64,000 nt of DNA from Phoronis australis. Lineage: Eukaryota; Animalia; Phoronida. The notes beneath the pieces were generated by a model. That model saw only the letters and a program-made list of their open reading frames with translations, was not told the origin of the DNA and made no database searches. Both the position numbers and the translations under genes were made by a program. Below are positions 37,750 to 49,921 of this stretch, one piece after another; within the stretch, counting starts at the first letter, position 1, and each line of letters starts with the position of its first letter. The stretch is from the NCBI GenBank assembly GCA_002633005.1, contig NMRA01000118.1, positions 434,707 through 498,706 of the forward strand, given 5' to 3'.

Positions 37750-38225
37750 TGTGCAGGCGAACCACTGACGTCGCTGCGTCGTTTTTCACCTTCCTCACAG
37801 GTTAACGCGACACCTCTTGGCAAGGCGAGGTCTACCGTGTAAGAGGCGAGGTGGATATAGACCGTTTAAGATCGTTAAAAAGACTAATTAAATCGGGTGG
37901 CATTCTCCTTTAAATCGATGCTGTCGCACGTGCGAATGTCTTGCAAGACTTAAAACTACATGGGCATGGCAATTCAATATTATAAACAAGTTCTAACCCA
38001 ATGGAAGTCACCACAGATTCGCAAGACGTTTAGCGATTCAAAACGTAGAGGTCTTCAAGGAAACGACACTAAATAAATTTCGCCCTGTGGCAGGATATCG
38101 TCAGAGTTGTTTCTTCCGGAACCATACCACTCACATCGGATGGAACATATTTCATCAAAATCAGCGGGTGGTGGTGATACAAGGTGCGAACGCGCTGTAT
38201 ATCTGTTTAGACGTTAAGAACTTAC

Positions 38226-38342
38226 ACTGCATCGCTACATACACTTCCGTTACCAATGGCTGATGCTGTAGAACATCTGTAGTTGCGCTACATTTGTACG
38301 TTCCAGTGTAGTAGGCCTTGCCGAAATGGTGGTCAGGGAATT
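38226..38342 (-). CDS. IgSF exon 9: C-terminal half of Ig domain 5
   Basis: CTTCCCAG| ... |GTAAGT, 117 nt, phase 1-1. Reads YYTGTYKCSAT...VYVAMQ. Confidence 0.85.
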
Positions 38343-39531
38343 CTGGGAAGCAAATGATCTTTAAAAACAAGTGCATGACTTCGTCATAGAAAAACGTGTA
38401 AATGCAGGCATGATGGTCACGAACAAATTGCAGTCTTACGGCGGTCGGACGGCGGAAGTGGGGAGGGGAGCAGCTCGAAGGTGCACTATTCCGAAAGTTC
38501 ACTTTCTTCGACGGTTCACTTGTACGAAACTCTACCAATAAGATGGAATAGAGTCATGAAGCATTGAAATTTACTTTTCGACATTCTACGAAACTCACCG
38601 ATGCGCCCAGAAAACATCCTGAGAACCAAGTCAGTAGCTTCACTTCAGTTGATTCACTGCTTGACGCCGGTCTGGCGGTTGATCTGCAAACACATTTGAT
38701 TGAGCCGGAAGTCGTCACCGGCAATCAATCAAATGTCTGCTAGTGGTTCACCAGGTGAACACCAGAGGAATGCAGTCAAGGAATTTAAATAACGAAAAGT
38801 TATAAACACACAGCACGTCTAAAACAGTTTAAAAACAATTATTAATCACAGTGAGGTTTGCTCGCTAATTCGTAATATTCCGCTGCAAAGTACCTCGATT
38901 TGAGATTTTTGGCGAACGGTTTGTAGGCCTGCGCCACTGCGTCAAACAACCGAAATATTCTACGGTGTAATAGTGCACGCAGAAAAATATGAAAAATCTG
39001 AAAACTTTTCGGATCAGTGCACCTTCGGACTACTGGCAAGTAACCGCGATGAGGCAGCGGCGATATATAAAGCATCTCCGTGCAACGGATTTTTGACATG
39101 GGCAGTTTCTAGAGATCTCCAATATAGGTCTGTTCACTAAGCTGTCTGATTCTCAACCAACAGCTTGAAGCTTGTTTGTTATAATACGATATCAGATGCT
39201 CATGAGTCACAATCAGATTTCAGAAAGTTGCTTTTTAAACAGGAAGGATTGAATGGGGAGATGGGAGGGAAAAGGTGGGTAGGGAACGAGTGGAGGGAGG
39301 AAATGCAGGAGGGCACCGAAGGAGGGAAGGAGGGAGTTGAGGTATGAAGGATTGAGATATTGACAGCATATGACATACAGAAATGCATGCAACTCTAAAA
39401 AGCCAAGGTTTGCTATTTCCATAGGTTAACTTTTTAGCCATAAGGTGGCTTTTGAACTGTGGACGAAGAAGAGCTAACGAGTGTGCGAACTCCGTGTCAA
39501 CCAACTTAAGGAGACAAACAGGTAAACTTAC

Positions 39532-39750
39532 TGGCGAATTCAATAGTACAGTTAACTGTAGATACATAATTTTCCATAGTTTGTTGATAGGTTATCTTGT
39601 ATAGAATCCCTGAGCTCAACTCAGTGCTGTCTTTAAACCAGCGAATGACTGGGTCTGGCTTGCTCGTCACGACGCAGGACATGGTAAATGCCGTGTCGGA
39701 GATCCGAAAGTACTTCTGGGAAGGGGGCTTGTCGTTGAAGAATGACCTCA
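39532..39750 (-). CDS. IgSF exon 8: N-terminal part of Ig domain 5
   Basis: AAG acceptor ... |GTAAGT, 219 nt, phase 1-1. Reads FTMSCVVTSKPDPVIRWFKD. Confidence 0.88.
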
Positions 39751-40595
39751 CTTAGTTGCGAATAAAATGGTAGGTTACTTTTGATTAGAGCCACACAGCG
39801 TATTATGCAAACACGAACATTAAATATTTGGCTAAAATAAGGCAATTATCACACAGGTTTATGTTAGCTTTCTTTCCATTATCATTATAATCTAGGACCA
39901 TCGTCGTCTCAAAAAATGACGTAAGCGGAGTAACATTTTAAACTGGCTGTAAACCCGACTTCCATCATAAACATGACTTACACCACATAACGTAATGAAG
40001 TGGGTCTCCCATTTTTCATTAGTTATTCTGAGGTGGTATTAGGCCATGGAAAGGATTGCCAGTCCGCCATTACTAGAAACCAAGATCTACAATAATATGG
40101 CTTACTAACATGTCGCCATTTGATGCGCAGAATAACGAGTTGCTAGTTTTCAAAACCGGAAGCACTTCCTATCCGAGTAAGGAAAAAGTTGATACTAATT
40201 TTATAGCGGCGAACAGTACAGTCTAAATCAAAAGTTCATGATTCGTAAGCGGAAGGAGAGTCTATATATATAGCCACTGTGACATCACGTAAGAAGGTGA
40301 ACATCTGTTTGGGAAAAAGACAAATTCAACTTTGGTGGCATTTGCCTCCCCCACCTTACTATCCCTGGTGATCATAAATTCCACGCATATAAGTTACTTC
40401 AAATGAAACCCATCAAAGAGGGCACGGATCCCCTAACCCTTTCCCTGGCTTCATGCAGTCCTGTACCATACTACATACATGTAAGTGAGCTCCAGTCCTC
40501 AGACACCAAGTGCACATCGAATTCACGCACATGTACATGTTACCTTCATACGTGTCTATTATTGAAAGGAGTTGGATTTTAAAAAATCAACTCAC

Positions 40596-40778
40596 AGTTC
40601 ACTGCCACTTTAATCTGCGCCGCCGGCCCACTTCCGAGGAAATTAACAGGCACACATTCGTACGTGGAGTCATCAGTTACTTGCAAGTCTCTAATTTCAT
40701 ACGGACCAGCTATTTCAGCAACCAGCATCCAACGTTGCATTGACTGACTAAACTTCCTCCATTCGTACTTCAGGGAAT
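40596..40778 (-). CDS. IgSF exon 7: C-terminal part of Ig domain 4
   Basis: TTCCGTTAG| ... |GTGAGT, 183 nt, phase 1-1. Reads YEWRK...IRDLQVTDDSTYECVPVNFLG. Confidence 0.92.
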
Positions 40779-41499
40779 CTAACGGAACTAAAACACATAC
40801 CTTGATAATCGTCACGTTTAGGGTAAACCAAGAGCGTATTAGCACAGCGGCCACAAGGGGGACCATTACTTCACAGGGACCTAGGTAGCTATTTGTGTCT
40901 AAGACGCACATAATTTGATGTTGACAATCAAGTTTTGGCTCTTCCAAATTAAAGCGGTTGACTTTCTGACTAGGAAATATCCGAAAGCGACTTTGTGTAT
41001 GAACAATAAGACCGAATTATATAAAGCACCGACGTAGAAATAAATGATGATTTTCGGATTAATCTGGCTGCTGTGGCACCTCCTAGTGGCAGTTTTTCAT
41101 GTGAAGACTCGCTCATCCGTCATCTTTCGGCGGTGCCTTCTACATTAATACAGTAGGTCTCGCTCATAGGCTGCCTTCCGGAAGGGACCCTATATTAATT
41201 TTGGGGGCCGCAATCTCTGGCCGCCTTTCGGCGAGGCCCCCTATACTATTATAGGGGACCTCGCTGAAAGGCAGTCGAAAAGCGGGGCCCTCAAAATTAA
41301 AAAAGCAGGCCCCGTTCATCGGCCACTTTTCGGCGGGGCCACCTATATTAATATGGAAGGCCTCGCTTTTGAGGCCTGACATTCAATTTTTGCCTATGTC
41401 ATTTTAATAAGAATAAGTCATTATAAGTAATAAGCTGTTTACTTTAATTTGATAATTATTTTTTAATGCTGCATTTCGCTCTTTTTAGCGGGCTACAAA

Positions 41500-41886
41500 C
41501 GTACATCACTATCAGCAACTGTCTCACTCATTGATTGATTCAATAACAACTGACAGAACTTGATGATTCTGGATTCCCACTTTGTAACTGACTCTTACTG
41601 AGTCGTGCCCGACTGAAAAGTCTCTTAAAGATGTTCTGGCACATTTCAACAGTGCAAGCACATTCTAGAATGTAATGGAATCTATTCATTTATTAGTAGA
41701 CAAGAATCTAGCACGTTACAAACCATGTAGCGTCATCAGTCACCGCTATAGGTACGTTAGAATCTACCAGAATGTTTTGCTAGAAAACAAGCAGAACTGT
41801 CAAATAAAAAATTCAGAATAAATCAAATGTCCATCCACTACTGACTACGTATAAAACAAATACTTGTTTGACATTATTCCCAGACA
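41500..41886 (-). mobile_element. Diverged partial LTR related to the 27.3 and 54.9 kb solo LTRs
   Basis: CAGCAACTGT..ACTC..GATTCAATAAC and TTCTAGAA motifs shared with 28441-28780. Confidence 0.5.
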
Positions 41887-43366
41887 ACATCTGAAGCAGA
41901 CGGCGTAAGCTAGGTTATGCGTGGGTCCAGATATCTCGATAATTCAGCCTTGGACTATAAAAAACACATTTGAAAGTGAGTCCATTCGATCACTCTATTT
42001 GTTTCGTGTAACATATAGGTATGTCGTAATCCTTTGTCTGGAAACGATGTCACCAACTTTCACATTATGTGCATCCATAGGACCTGACATGGAGTTATTA
42101 GGAGGAATATGCTTTCGACACTGTTTTGTGGGCCTCATGACTTTGGAAAATGTCAGAGAGTGCATCTTTAAGGACACATAATACGCCGTCTCTGAACAAT
42201 GATTGTTTTGGTTTGTTTTTTATATGTCCACAGAAAAAATCTCTAAACGTGATTACACCAAAATTAAGATTCTCAAAATTGTTATAATTGGCTTTATTTC
42301 TACATTCACTAGAATTGAGATTGAGAACTAGAGACACACGTGTGGAGTTGCAGTCAACCAATTGCAATTTTAAAAAATAGTAAATAAGGCCAACTGGAAA
42401 AAAGGGAGTGATTGGGAGCGTTGGTTAGTAGGCAAAGTGTTCGTGGTGGCATAACGTTATTAATTAAAATAAAGGTATAACATGTTGTTGACAGTTCACT
42501 ACTCGTTCTTCATTTGCATTTATGGTTATGCAATGACGAGAAAAAACTCGTTTCGTTTAGAATTTATAACATATTGTGAATAAACCTTCATTCGAGCTCT
42601 GCATTGCATAAGTTTCTACCTTCTGGATCGCTAAAATGCTTAGTGACTTCGCTTATAACAAAACTGTCACACCCCAGGGAGGATAATAGCAATGACAATT
42701 ATGATTTTAATAATAACATATTTATAACAAAGGAATAATAATTATAATCATAGTAGTAATAGTTATAATAATAGTAATAAAGACAGTGTGGCTACTCTTA
42801 TCACATTATTAAAAGTATTATTTTTAATAATGTTCGTTTCCATGGAATAAATAGGTCAACCACAAGTGAACACAAGCAGGGGAGCAAACATTTTACTGAG
42901 ATTCATACGCAACGTGGACGTGTGGAAAGAATGGCTGAATGTTTACTAAAATGTTCAGGTAGAGAACGTCGGAAGCCAAAGGCGACGGCTATCTAAGTCC
43001 AGAGGTCTCATAAATGCGCCTCCCCAATAATCTAGACACTCCTCTCGGTTGTCAATAAAACTCGGATCCCCCGTTTAGTAGTTTTACCTAAAAGCGTGAC
43101 GGGATAAAACTGGTCCAGTGTGCTGCAATGAATAGCCCAGAATTTTTCCTAAGCTAACACGGAAATGACGTAAATTTTGGTTGTTTGCACAACAGCTACG
43201 GATCTTTTGTATGAGCCTACAAATTGATAAACTGAATGTCGACAAAAATGGCCCAGTACAAGGAGGGAATATTGTTATGCATTTATGGAACAAAATAAAT
43301 TGACCCTACTGTAAGTCAAGTTACTTGGAAAGGTCATAACCATTTATCAACAACTTCCTGTCCAAC

Positions 43367-43450
43367 CTGCGTTAGCTGTGCATTTAAGGAGGGCTGTATC
43401 TCCAACAAATAGCGGTTGCTGTGCTTCAATCTTTGCCTCGTCCGGTTTAT
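43367..43450 (-). CDS. IgSF exon 6: N-terminal part of Ig domain 4 (not in ORF track)
   Basis: TATTCCAG| ... CAG|GTTGGA, 84 nt, phase 1-1. Reads KPDEAKIEAQQPLFVGDTALLKCTANA and joins in frame to DSLKYEWRK. Confidence 0.85.
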
Positions 43451-43929
43451 CTGGAATACAGGTAAGCTAGAAATATACACAACATGCAATACGCTTTTGT
43501 TTCATCGAGAAACCTTTTCCACTTTTCACTATATAACCAATTTTTACTTTAATTTAGGCTGAAAACATGGATATGTATGCGACTCCATTAAAACTACTAA
43601 GGATCTGACAGGTATATTCACTCTAAGGCGGTCTGTTCTGAGGTATTGAGTGCGAAGCATATGCCTATTTCTTTAAACAGTCTCACAAACCCCTAGTATT
43701 TTAAAACTGATTTTGTTCACCTCGATATGTTACTGAGATGGCGAAAAATCGCTTAGGGCTCATGGCAACATCGTAGGAAACCTGTGCTATCAGCCTGGAG
43801 AGCGCTATATAGACCTAGTTTCTTGTAATGAAAGCAAGATCTCGCAAGACCTCTAAAGATCAAATGAGCATGGTGTACTTCGAAAGTATGCTCAGGGTTG
43901 CCTGGAACGCGATAAACAACTAGATTTCT

Positions 43930-44260
43930 ATTAAATTAAATATTATTGAAAGTGCTTTTCTGCCACTGAAATTGGATTCAACCTACTCACCAGGTACTTT
44001 TAGGATTTGTTCGAAAACATTTTAATTCCTGTTCATATCAAAGCATTTTCTTTTAGTCTCAAATTTTAAAAAACGATCAAAAGCACATCTCATTGTTTAG
44101 TATTGCAAGACAGAGAGGTAGTAAATTTCCCTTATATGGAAAATGTGACCTTTGACCTCACGGGACTTCAAGCAAATGACTGTGAGCTCGTGCGCGCATT
44201 CATCATAAGTGGGAGGAAGATTAGAAACTCTGTGGTAAGTTTCCTCATTAGGAACATACA
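43930..44260 (+). repeat. Dispersed repeat with inverted copy at ~51268-51600
   Basis: GGAAAATGTGACCTTTGACCTCA...GAAGATTAGAAACTCTGTGGT matches the reverse complement at 51268-51375; similarity extends further. Confidence 0.75.
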
Positions 44261-44816
44261 TACGGAACTGTTCAACAGGCAGGGTACACCAATGAACCCT
44301 GCGGAAGTTAGTAAATACTCAGTTAAATACTGAGAAGTGTTGAAATGATACCAATTAATTAACCTTTAGATGTCACGTAGGTCTACATACACTGTATGTA
44401 CTATCTAAGAATTATTTCTTTGCAATGTGAGCAGCAAGTCTGTAACTATAGAAATCATGTCTACAGAGATAAAATTTATCAATGTCGTTTTTCAAAAGTA
44501 GGCCTACATACAAATGATAAACAGCAGGAAGAATCACTGTCTCTCCAGACATGTTAGAGATCATTATAAAATCATAAAGATAAGAACCATTACTATGTGC
44601 ATTAATTTACGCAATGGTATTACCGTTTTGTTTCTAAAATTCAAAGGCACCACAGGTCATGGCATCAATCGCAAATCTCTCACATTATGAAAAGAACACA
44701 TTAGTGAGAAAAACCTTTCTTCATCATTTAAAGATGTAATACTGACATTTAATCGATTGTAGTATATAGTAATTGCAAAGGTTGCAGTTACAGTCCTCAT
44801 ACAGAAACGTACGTAC

Positions 44817-45098
44817 GTTGAACGATGACGGTGAACTCAGTGACGGTTTTTCTCGAACTCAGCGGTCCTCTGGTCTTATGCAACGTGTTGATGACGGTGA
44901 CAGTCCAAACACCGGCATCTAGACGAGATATTTCAGGGTATCGGAGGACGTCTCCTGTCATGTACTTAGATCCCACTCTTTTCTGTACCCAGTGGCTGCT
45001 TGTGGTAGTAGGGGAGGTGACGTTACAGCGAACAATGAGATCGCTCGATTCGTTCACCCTCACGATGGGCGGGCAGGTCACCTTCGGACTGTCTTGAT
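44817..45098 (-). CDS. IgSF exon 5: Ig domain 3 (lacks F-strand Cys)
   Basis: CTGTTTAG| ... |GTACGT, 282 nt, phase 1-1. Reads LIVRCNVTS...HW...LRYPEISRLDAGVWTVTVIN...VIVQ. Confidence 0.9.
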
Positions 45099-45443
45099 CT
45101 AAACAGAATTACTTGCGGTGAGGATAATATAAAACACTGTATAATATACGCCCTAGATTTACATGTATATGATGTTCTTGAGCAATACAGAATTTAAGGG
45201 CGATACATTAATTGGATTTATCTTGGCTGATATATGTTATGTAGTCTGTGAGCTTTACTACAGAGACAACATTTGTGACATGAAATTGCTTCGAGTCTAC
45301 ATGTAGGTCAACAATTCAAAGGTTCACATATTCCCAAGGCTCCGAAATCTAAAAGATTCCGATGTTCGAATGTCCATCTGAATGAACCGTCGCAAATCCA
45401 AATTTAAGCGTCTGCTTCGACTTTGAACTTTCGTAACTATGAC

Positions 45444-46340
45444 TTTCGCCATATAAACGGCAAATTGTTTCTACAAAAAGATGGTGTGAGCGTGGACTCT
45501 CCTCTGGGTCCCACTCGGAATTTTATATGTCTGAAGTTGAAAAAGGCTAGCAATGTGATTAGCAATGTGTATTCTTATCTATGAACGATAGATGACATTT
45601 TTGTTTATTGTGCTTTTGATGACTTGTTATCAGTACTTGATGAACTTGAGCGTTATTCTGCATTGAAGTTTACCCACGAGCTTCCTGTAAATGACAAGAT
45701 TCCGTTTTTGTACGTGCTTGTGAACCATTTCCATTTGAATTGTCTACATCAGTTTATCACAAGCCTAATGATAAAGGTTTCTGTCTTCACTCCAAAAGCG
45801 CGTCATGAGCGGTATAAGGTCGCCGTTATGGCCAACTTCCTAAAGAGGGCGTTTACGTCGGTCGTCCAACTGACTAGTGTTAAATCAAGAAAGATCGCAC
45901 AAGACAAACCCTGATGAACAATGGGAACACCATTGCTTTGGTAGAGTTCCATATTAAGCGATTCATGTCCAGAATTAATTGTGAAGTCCCTGCACGTCGG
46001 AACGGTGTGACCCAAAAGGTATTTTACAAAAATGACATGTCCAATAATTACCTCCAGGACGAGCACGCCATCAAGAAAATCGTTAGAGATAATGTTAAAG
46101 TTTGTAAGCCCTATGATTACCTCGATGTTATTATTTATTATGGGAATAGGAAGTCCTCCATCTTGGTCATGAAAAATAACATTTCTAAAGAGAAAGTCCG
46201 CCCCGTTGCCCAGTATAGTGCTGTGTATGAGTTCATATGTCCTATGAAAGAATGTCTTCTTTCAGGTGTCAAACAATTTTACATTGGTCAAACGGTTTTC
46301 AGTCTTTCCCGTCGGTTGTCTGTGCACCTTCAAAATGGCG
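45444..46340 (+). mobile_element. Penelope-like retroelement fragment (RT C-terminus + GIY-YIG endonuclease)
   Basis: QKDGVSVDSPLGP, IDDIF, LKFTHE...IPFL, then VYEFICP...C...YIGQT...LSRRL..H. Frameshifted and truncated. Confidence 0.9.
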
Positions 46341-47697
46341 TCACGGACGTAAAACCACCCGCCAAGAAATTGCGGAAAACACGTCAATTCGGTACGTAAA
46401 GCACGATGTGTTGCGATTGAAAATCGGAGTCCCTTTTGATTGCTTTTGAGCAGCCTGTTTTTCATAATCAGCAAGCAGGGTCGCGCCGCATGTTACACTT
46501 GTTTGCGTGACTTTCCTGTTACCCCCTTCATTTGTCATTCTTTGCAGTATTTCACACCTGTCCCACTGCGTATGTCTCCAGCTTATGCTCTCTAGTGGCA
46601 TTACTGCGTCATTGTATTTCCACTTGAGAATGACCATGTTTCGAAATATCGTGTACCATTTAATCATGTCTCTTGGTCAGTTACTTCACCAAATTTCCGT
46701 TGAGTGTAGAGTTTTATTCCGAGCATACTAACACAACGGAATAAAGACTGTTAATAACGAAAAGTGCCGTGTGTTTAATCAATTTTGCATATCGGAAAAC
46801 TTTGACTTCGGATACATGCTCTCAAAAGTCATTTTGAAAACAAAACTTTTCGGAAAATCACGTGCACTTGGGTTGCCACGCCATGCAAAATGGTTGCCTT
46901 TCTTGCAAAACAGACATGTCGAGTTTTGTTGGTTTATTAGTTTCATGTTACAATGAACACACACGGTTGGCATTCGCAACATCAAGAACAGTAACGTAGA
47001 CACGATCGGAGCAGAGCCGATGTCTCGAACGACGTTGCTCGAATGACGTTCAAAATCCCGCCTCAAGTTCATCTTGACACAATTACACCAACGTGGGTTC
47101 AGGGTAGACGCAGCCATTCAAACGCTACTAATATGAAAAATACTATTCAGAGCGGCAGCGCTGGCTAAGACTAAATGTGTACCGTTACAGCCGATGCGCG
47201 AGTGCCGAATATTTGACAATGTCGAGAGAGTAAAGTTTTTAGGAATTTCCTTTGCCCACCAATGTATTTTGCTGCGCGGCAGAGCATGATTTTGCATTAG
47301 GGGCCTCCTAGTGTTTGGAAACATGAATTTTTTGTGTTGCCAGTCTTCGAACATGTGAACCTTCGGAGATGTGGACCTTCGGACTTGTGGACCTTCGGAC
47401 TTGTGGACCATCGCTTTCATGATCAGTTACCACGTGTTACACGTCGAAGGGACGTTGCCTTTTACCAAAATATTGCAATAGTATTCTCTCCGTTAAAGCT
47501 CGTCTTGTGTTCTATCGCAACATGGTTTGCTGAACCTTTGGATGAACTCCACCGAAAAGTTTTTCTCCGCTTCCCATTGTATTGGCTAATCTGAACCAAC
47601 GTCTTTAGTTTAAAATGCCAACTATAAACACGAGTTCAGCACAAGAATTAAACTTTGATCAAGTCCACTTGCAGGAAAACCGTTGATCTCAACGTAT

Positions 47698-47790
47698 CAT
47701 GGGCGGTGCACCATAAGGAGCTGGGGGGGGGGGGGGGGGNNNNGGGGGGGGGTTATAGCCCCCACTTTTTTCAGTTCTGCGCCGCCCATG
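47698..47790. mobile_element. Mini-MITE with 5-bp TSD
   Basis: TIR CATGGGCGGTGC / GCGCCGCCCATG with TSD CGTAT on both sides. Contains an N gap. Confidence 0.75.
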
Positions 47791-48222
47791 CGTATTCAGA
47801 TAAAAACGTGGGTTTGCAAAGAACTGATGGTGATCAACGTAGAGTGCCTCAAGGCAAGCTGTTGGGAACACTGTCAGTTCTTTTGATGTCTTGATACCAG
47901 TCCAATTTTACTAAGAATCATATAGAAGTGAATCTCATAAGTGATAAAAAGCAAAAATTGACTTTGTAACCGCTTGACATTGAAATTGTTAACAAAAGAC
48001 ATCTAGACTTTCTTTGACGGCCAGGATAATGTGACGACTGAAGAAAACCCGCTCTGGCAAGTGACTTAATGAGCCTGGTCCGAAGCATTGGCGACCTTTC
48101 TCTTTTTGCCAATCTAATCTGAGAAGAAAAGAGACGAGGCCCATTGAACACTGGGTCTTCTACCGACACTGACTGATGTCAAAGCATAAGTAACACGAAT
48201 GCATCAAATACACGTATCTTAC

Positions 48223-48405
48223 AATATACAAGGACATCTATATGTGCGAAATCACTGTCATCATTCGTGTTTAATCCCATGGACCTCTCGGCATGGCACG
48301 TATATCGACCTTGATGGTTGAAGTCGACAGAAGAAAAATGTAACGTATAGTTTAAGAATGCTGCTGCCGACCCATCGTCAGGGAATGTTTGTTTTTCACT
48401 GGCAC
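48223..48405 (-). CDS. IgSF exon 4: C-terminal part of Ig domain 2
   Basis: TTACCCATCAG| ... |GTAAGA, 183 nt, phase 1-1. Reads LHFSSVDFNHQGRYTCHA...IDVLVY. Confidence 0.92.
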
Positions 48406-49006
48406 CTGATGGGTAAAGAGGAAACAATCATTAAATAGTAAAATACCATCAATAGCCAGTCACCACGTGGCAAGGTCGTCTCGTCTACGAATCAGCTCAC
48501 CTAGAACTGGCAAACAACACGTCACCGTGGAAATCAACGTTAATTCGCACGTACGCTCACACTACTACAGCAAAGAGATATCTTATGAGAAAGAGAAGTG
48601 GAAGAAGTTGGCATTGATTTTGATGCTCGGTAAAGGAGACTAATTTTGTTTGCCAAAACCAGCACTATATTGGCCACCCCATTTGTTCTCTCTCACGTGG
48701 TGTAGGTTATCACATTATTGACAGAGCGGACCAACGCCAAGGAGAAAACATCTCACGAGAATCCATCGTTGACAGCACTCATATTACATATATTAAGTTG
48801 AAGGATATACACTTCAAAATTATGGAGACCCTTTTCATTAAGCTTTGGGTCCCCTAAAATAAATATGCACGATAACGGTTACTACAGAATTCTGAAATGC
48901 CTGCTTACTGCATTCTGATAATTGGTTTTTGCATGTGCAGTGGTCTCCAACTTGGAAGATTTTATGCAGTAATATACCGCCTGGACTGCAATGGCGTAGT
49001 AATATA

Positions 49007-49921
49007 CAAATGCGGATCTAGGATATCACAAGGGGGGCCCAACATTTTGTCTGTAAACATTTGCTCAAAGCACGATTGTAGATGCGCATAGCACCGAAAG
49101 AGGGAGGTGGGGAGGAGGATTTGCCCCCCTCCCGCCCAGAATTTTTGTTTGTTTTTTCCTCTAAAAATCAAGCATTTTCCTTGATTCCTGAAGTATTATC
49201 TAGTAAGAAAATAAAAAAGGCAAAAAAACGAAGAAAGTGTCAACCAGGAAAAACTCCAAGTACCACAGGCTTGAACTCACGACCTAGAGGACATAGCGCA
49301 CGTGCTTTACCACTGCACCACCACTCCTAATTTGTTACTAAGAGACCTACTTGTTTATGGTCCACAGCGTTTGCGCACGAAACCTCCTTCTTTTTGTAAT
49401 GCTTATTACATGTTTAATATTCTGTGCAATCAGTTCGTAACAAATTTGTTGTATTTAAAATAGTCTTCAATTGCCCAAAAGACCAAATCCATTTTTTGTG
49501 TTAGCAATAGTGACGCAATTGCTTTAAATTAAGGTTTGACAAGCAGAGAATTATGAATTTCTGAGTGATTCACTAAGGCTTCGATTAAAATTGACATCTT
49601 ACCAGCAGCTTCTGTTTTTTCACCATGACTCAGATTCCATTTTCTCTAAAAACTGAAGTAATTTTCTTCATTGCACAGTGGAGCAGACGACGGAAACGGA
49701 GTCGTAATGCCCAGTGCCACTGCCGGTCGCCTGAGATATCGCGGGAGAGCCTATACTTAGCCATAGTTCCGTTGTGATTGCGCCGTGTTCCGAATTTGAC
49801 ACTTGAAATTGGATCTGAGCCCCCCCCCCTCCCCCCTCCCCCGAACACTAAAACTGCACACATTTAAATCTTGTTTCAGCCGTATANCGAGCCCCCTGCC
49901 CCCCCCCTAAATCAGCCTATG
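49007..49921 (+). mobile_element. ~915-bp MITE, same family as 27444-28392
   Basis: Colinear homology. Ends CAAATGCGGATCTAGG / AATCAGCCTATG with TSD ATATA. Confidence 0.85.

Larger units (their letters stand above)
36110..37909 (-). mobile_element. Kolobok-type DNA transposon (non-autonomous) with TTAA TSD
   Basis: TTAA|AGGAGAGTGCCACCC ... GGGTGGCATTCTCCT|TTAA (14/15 TIR match). Contains a THAP ORF. Confidence 0.85.
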
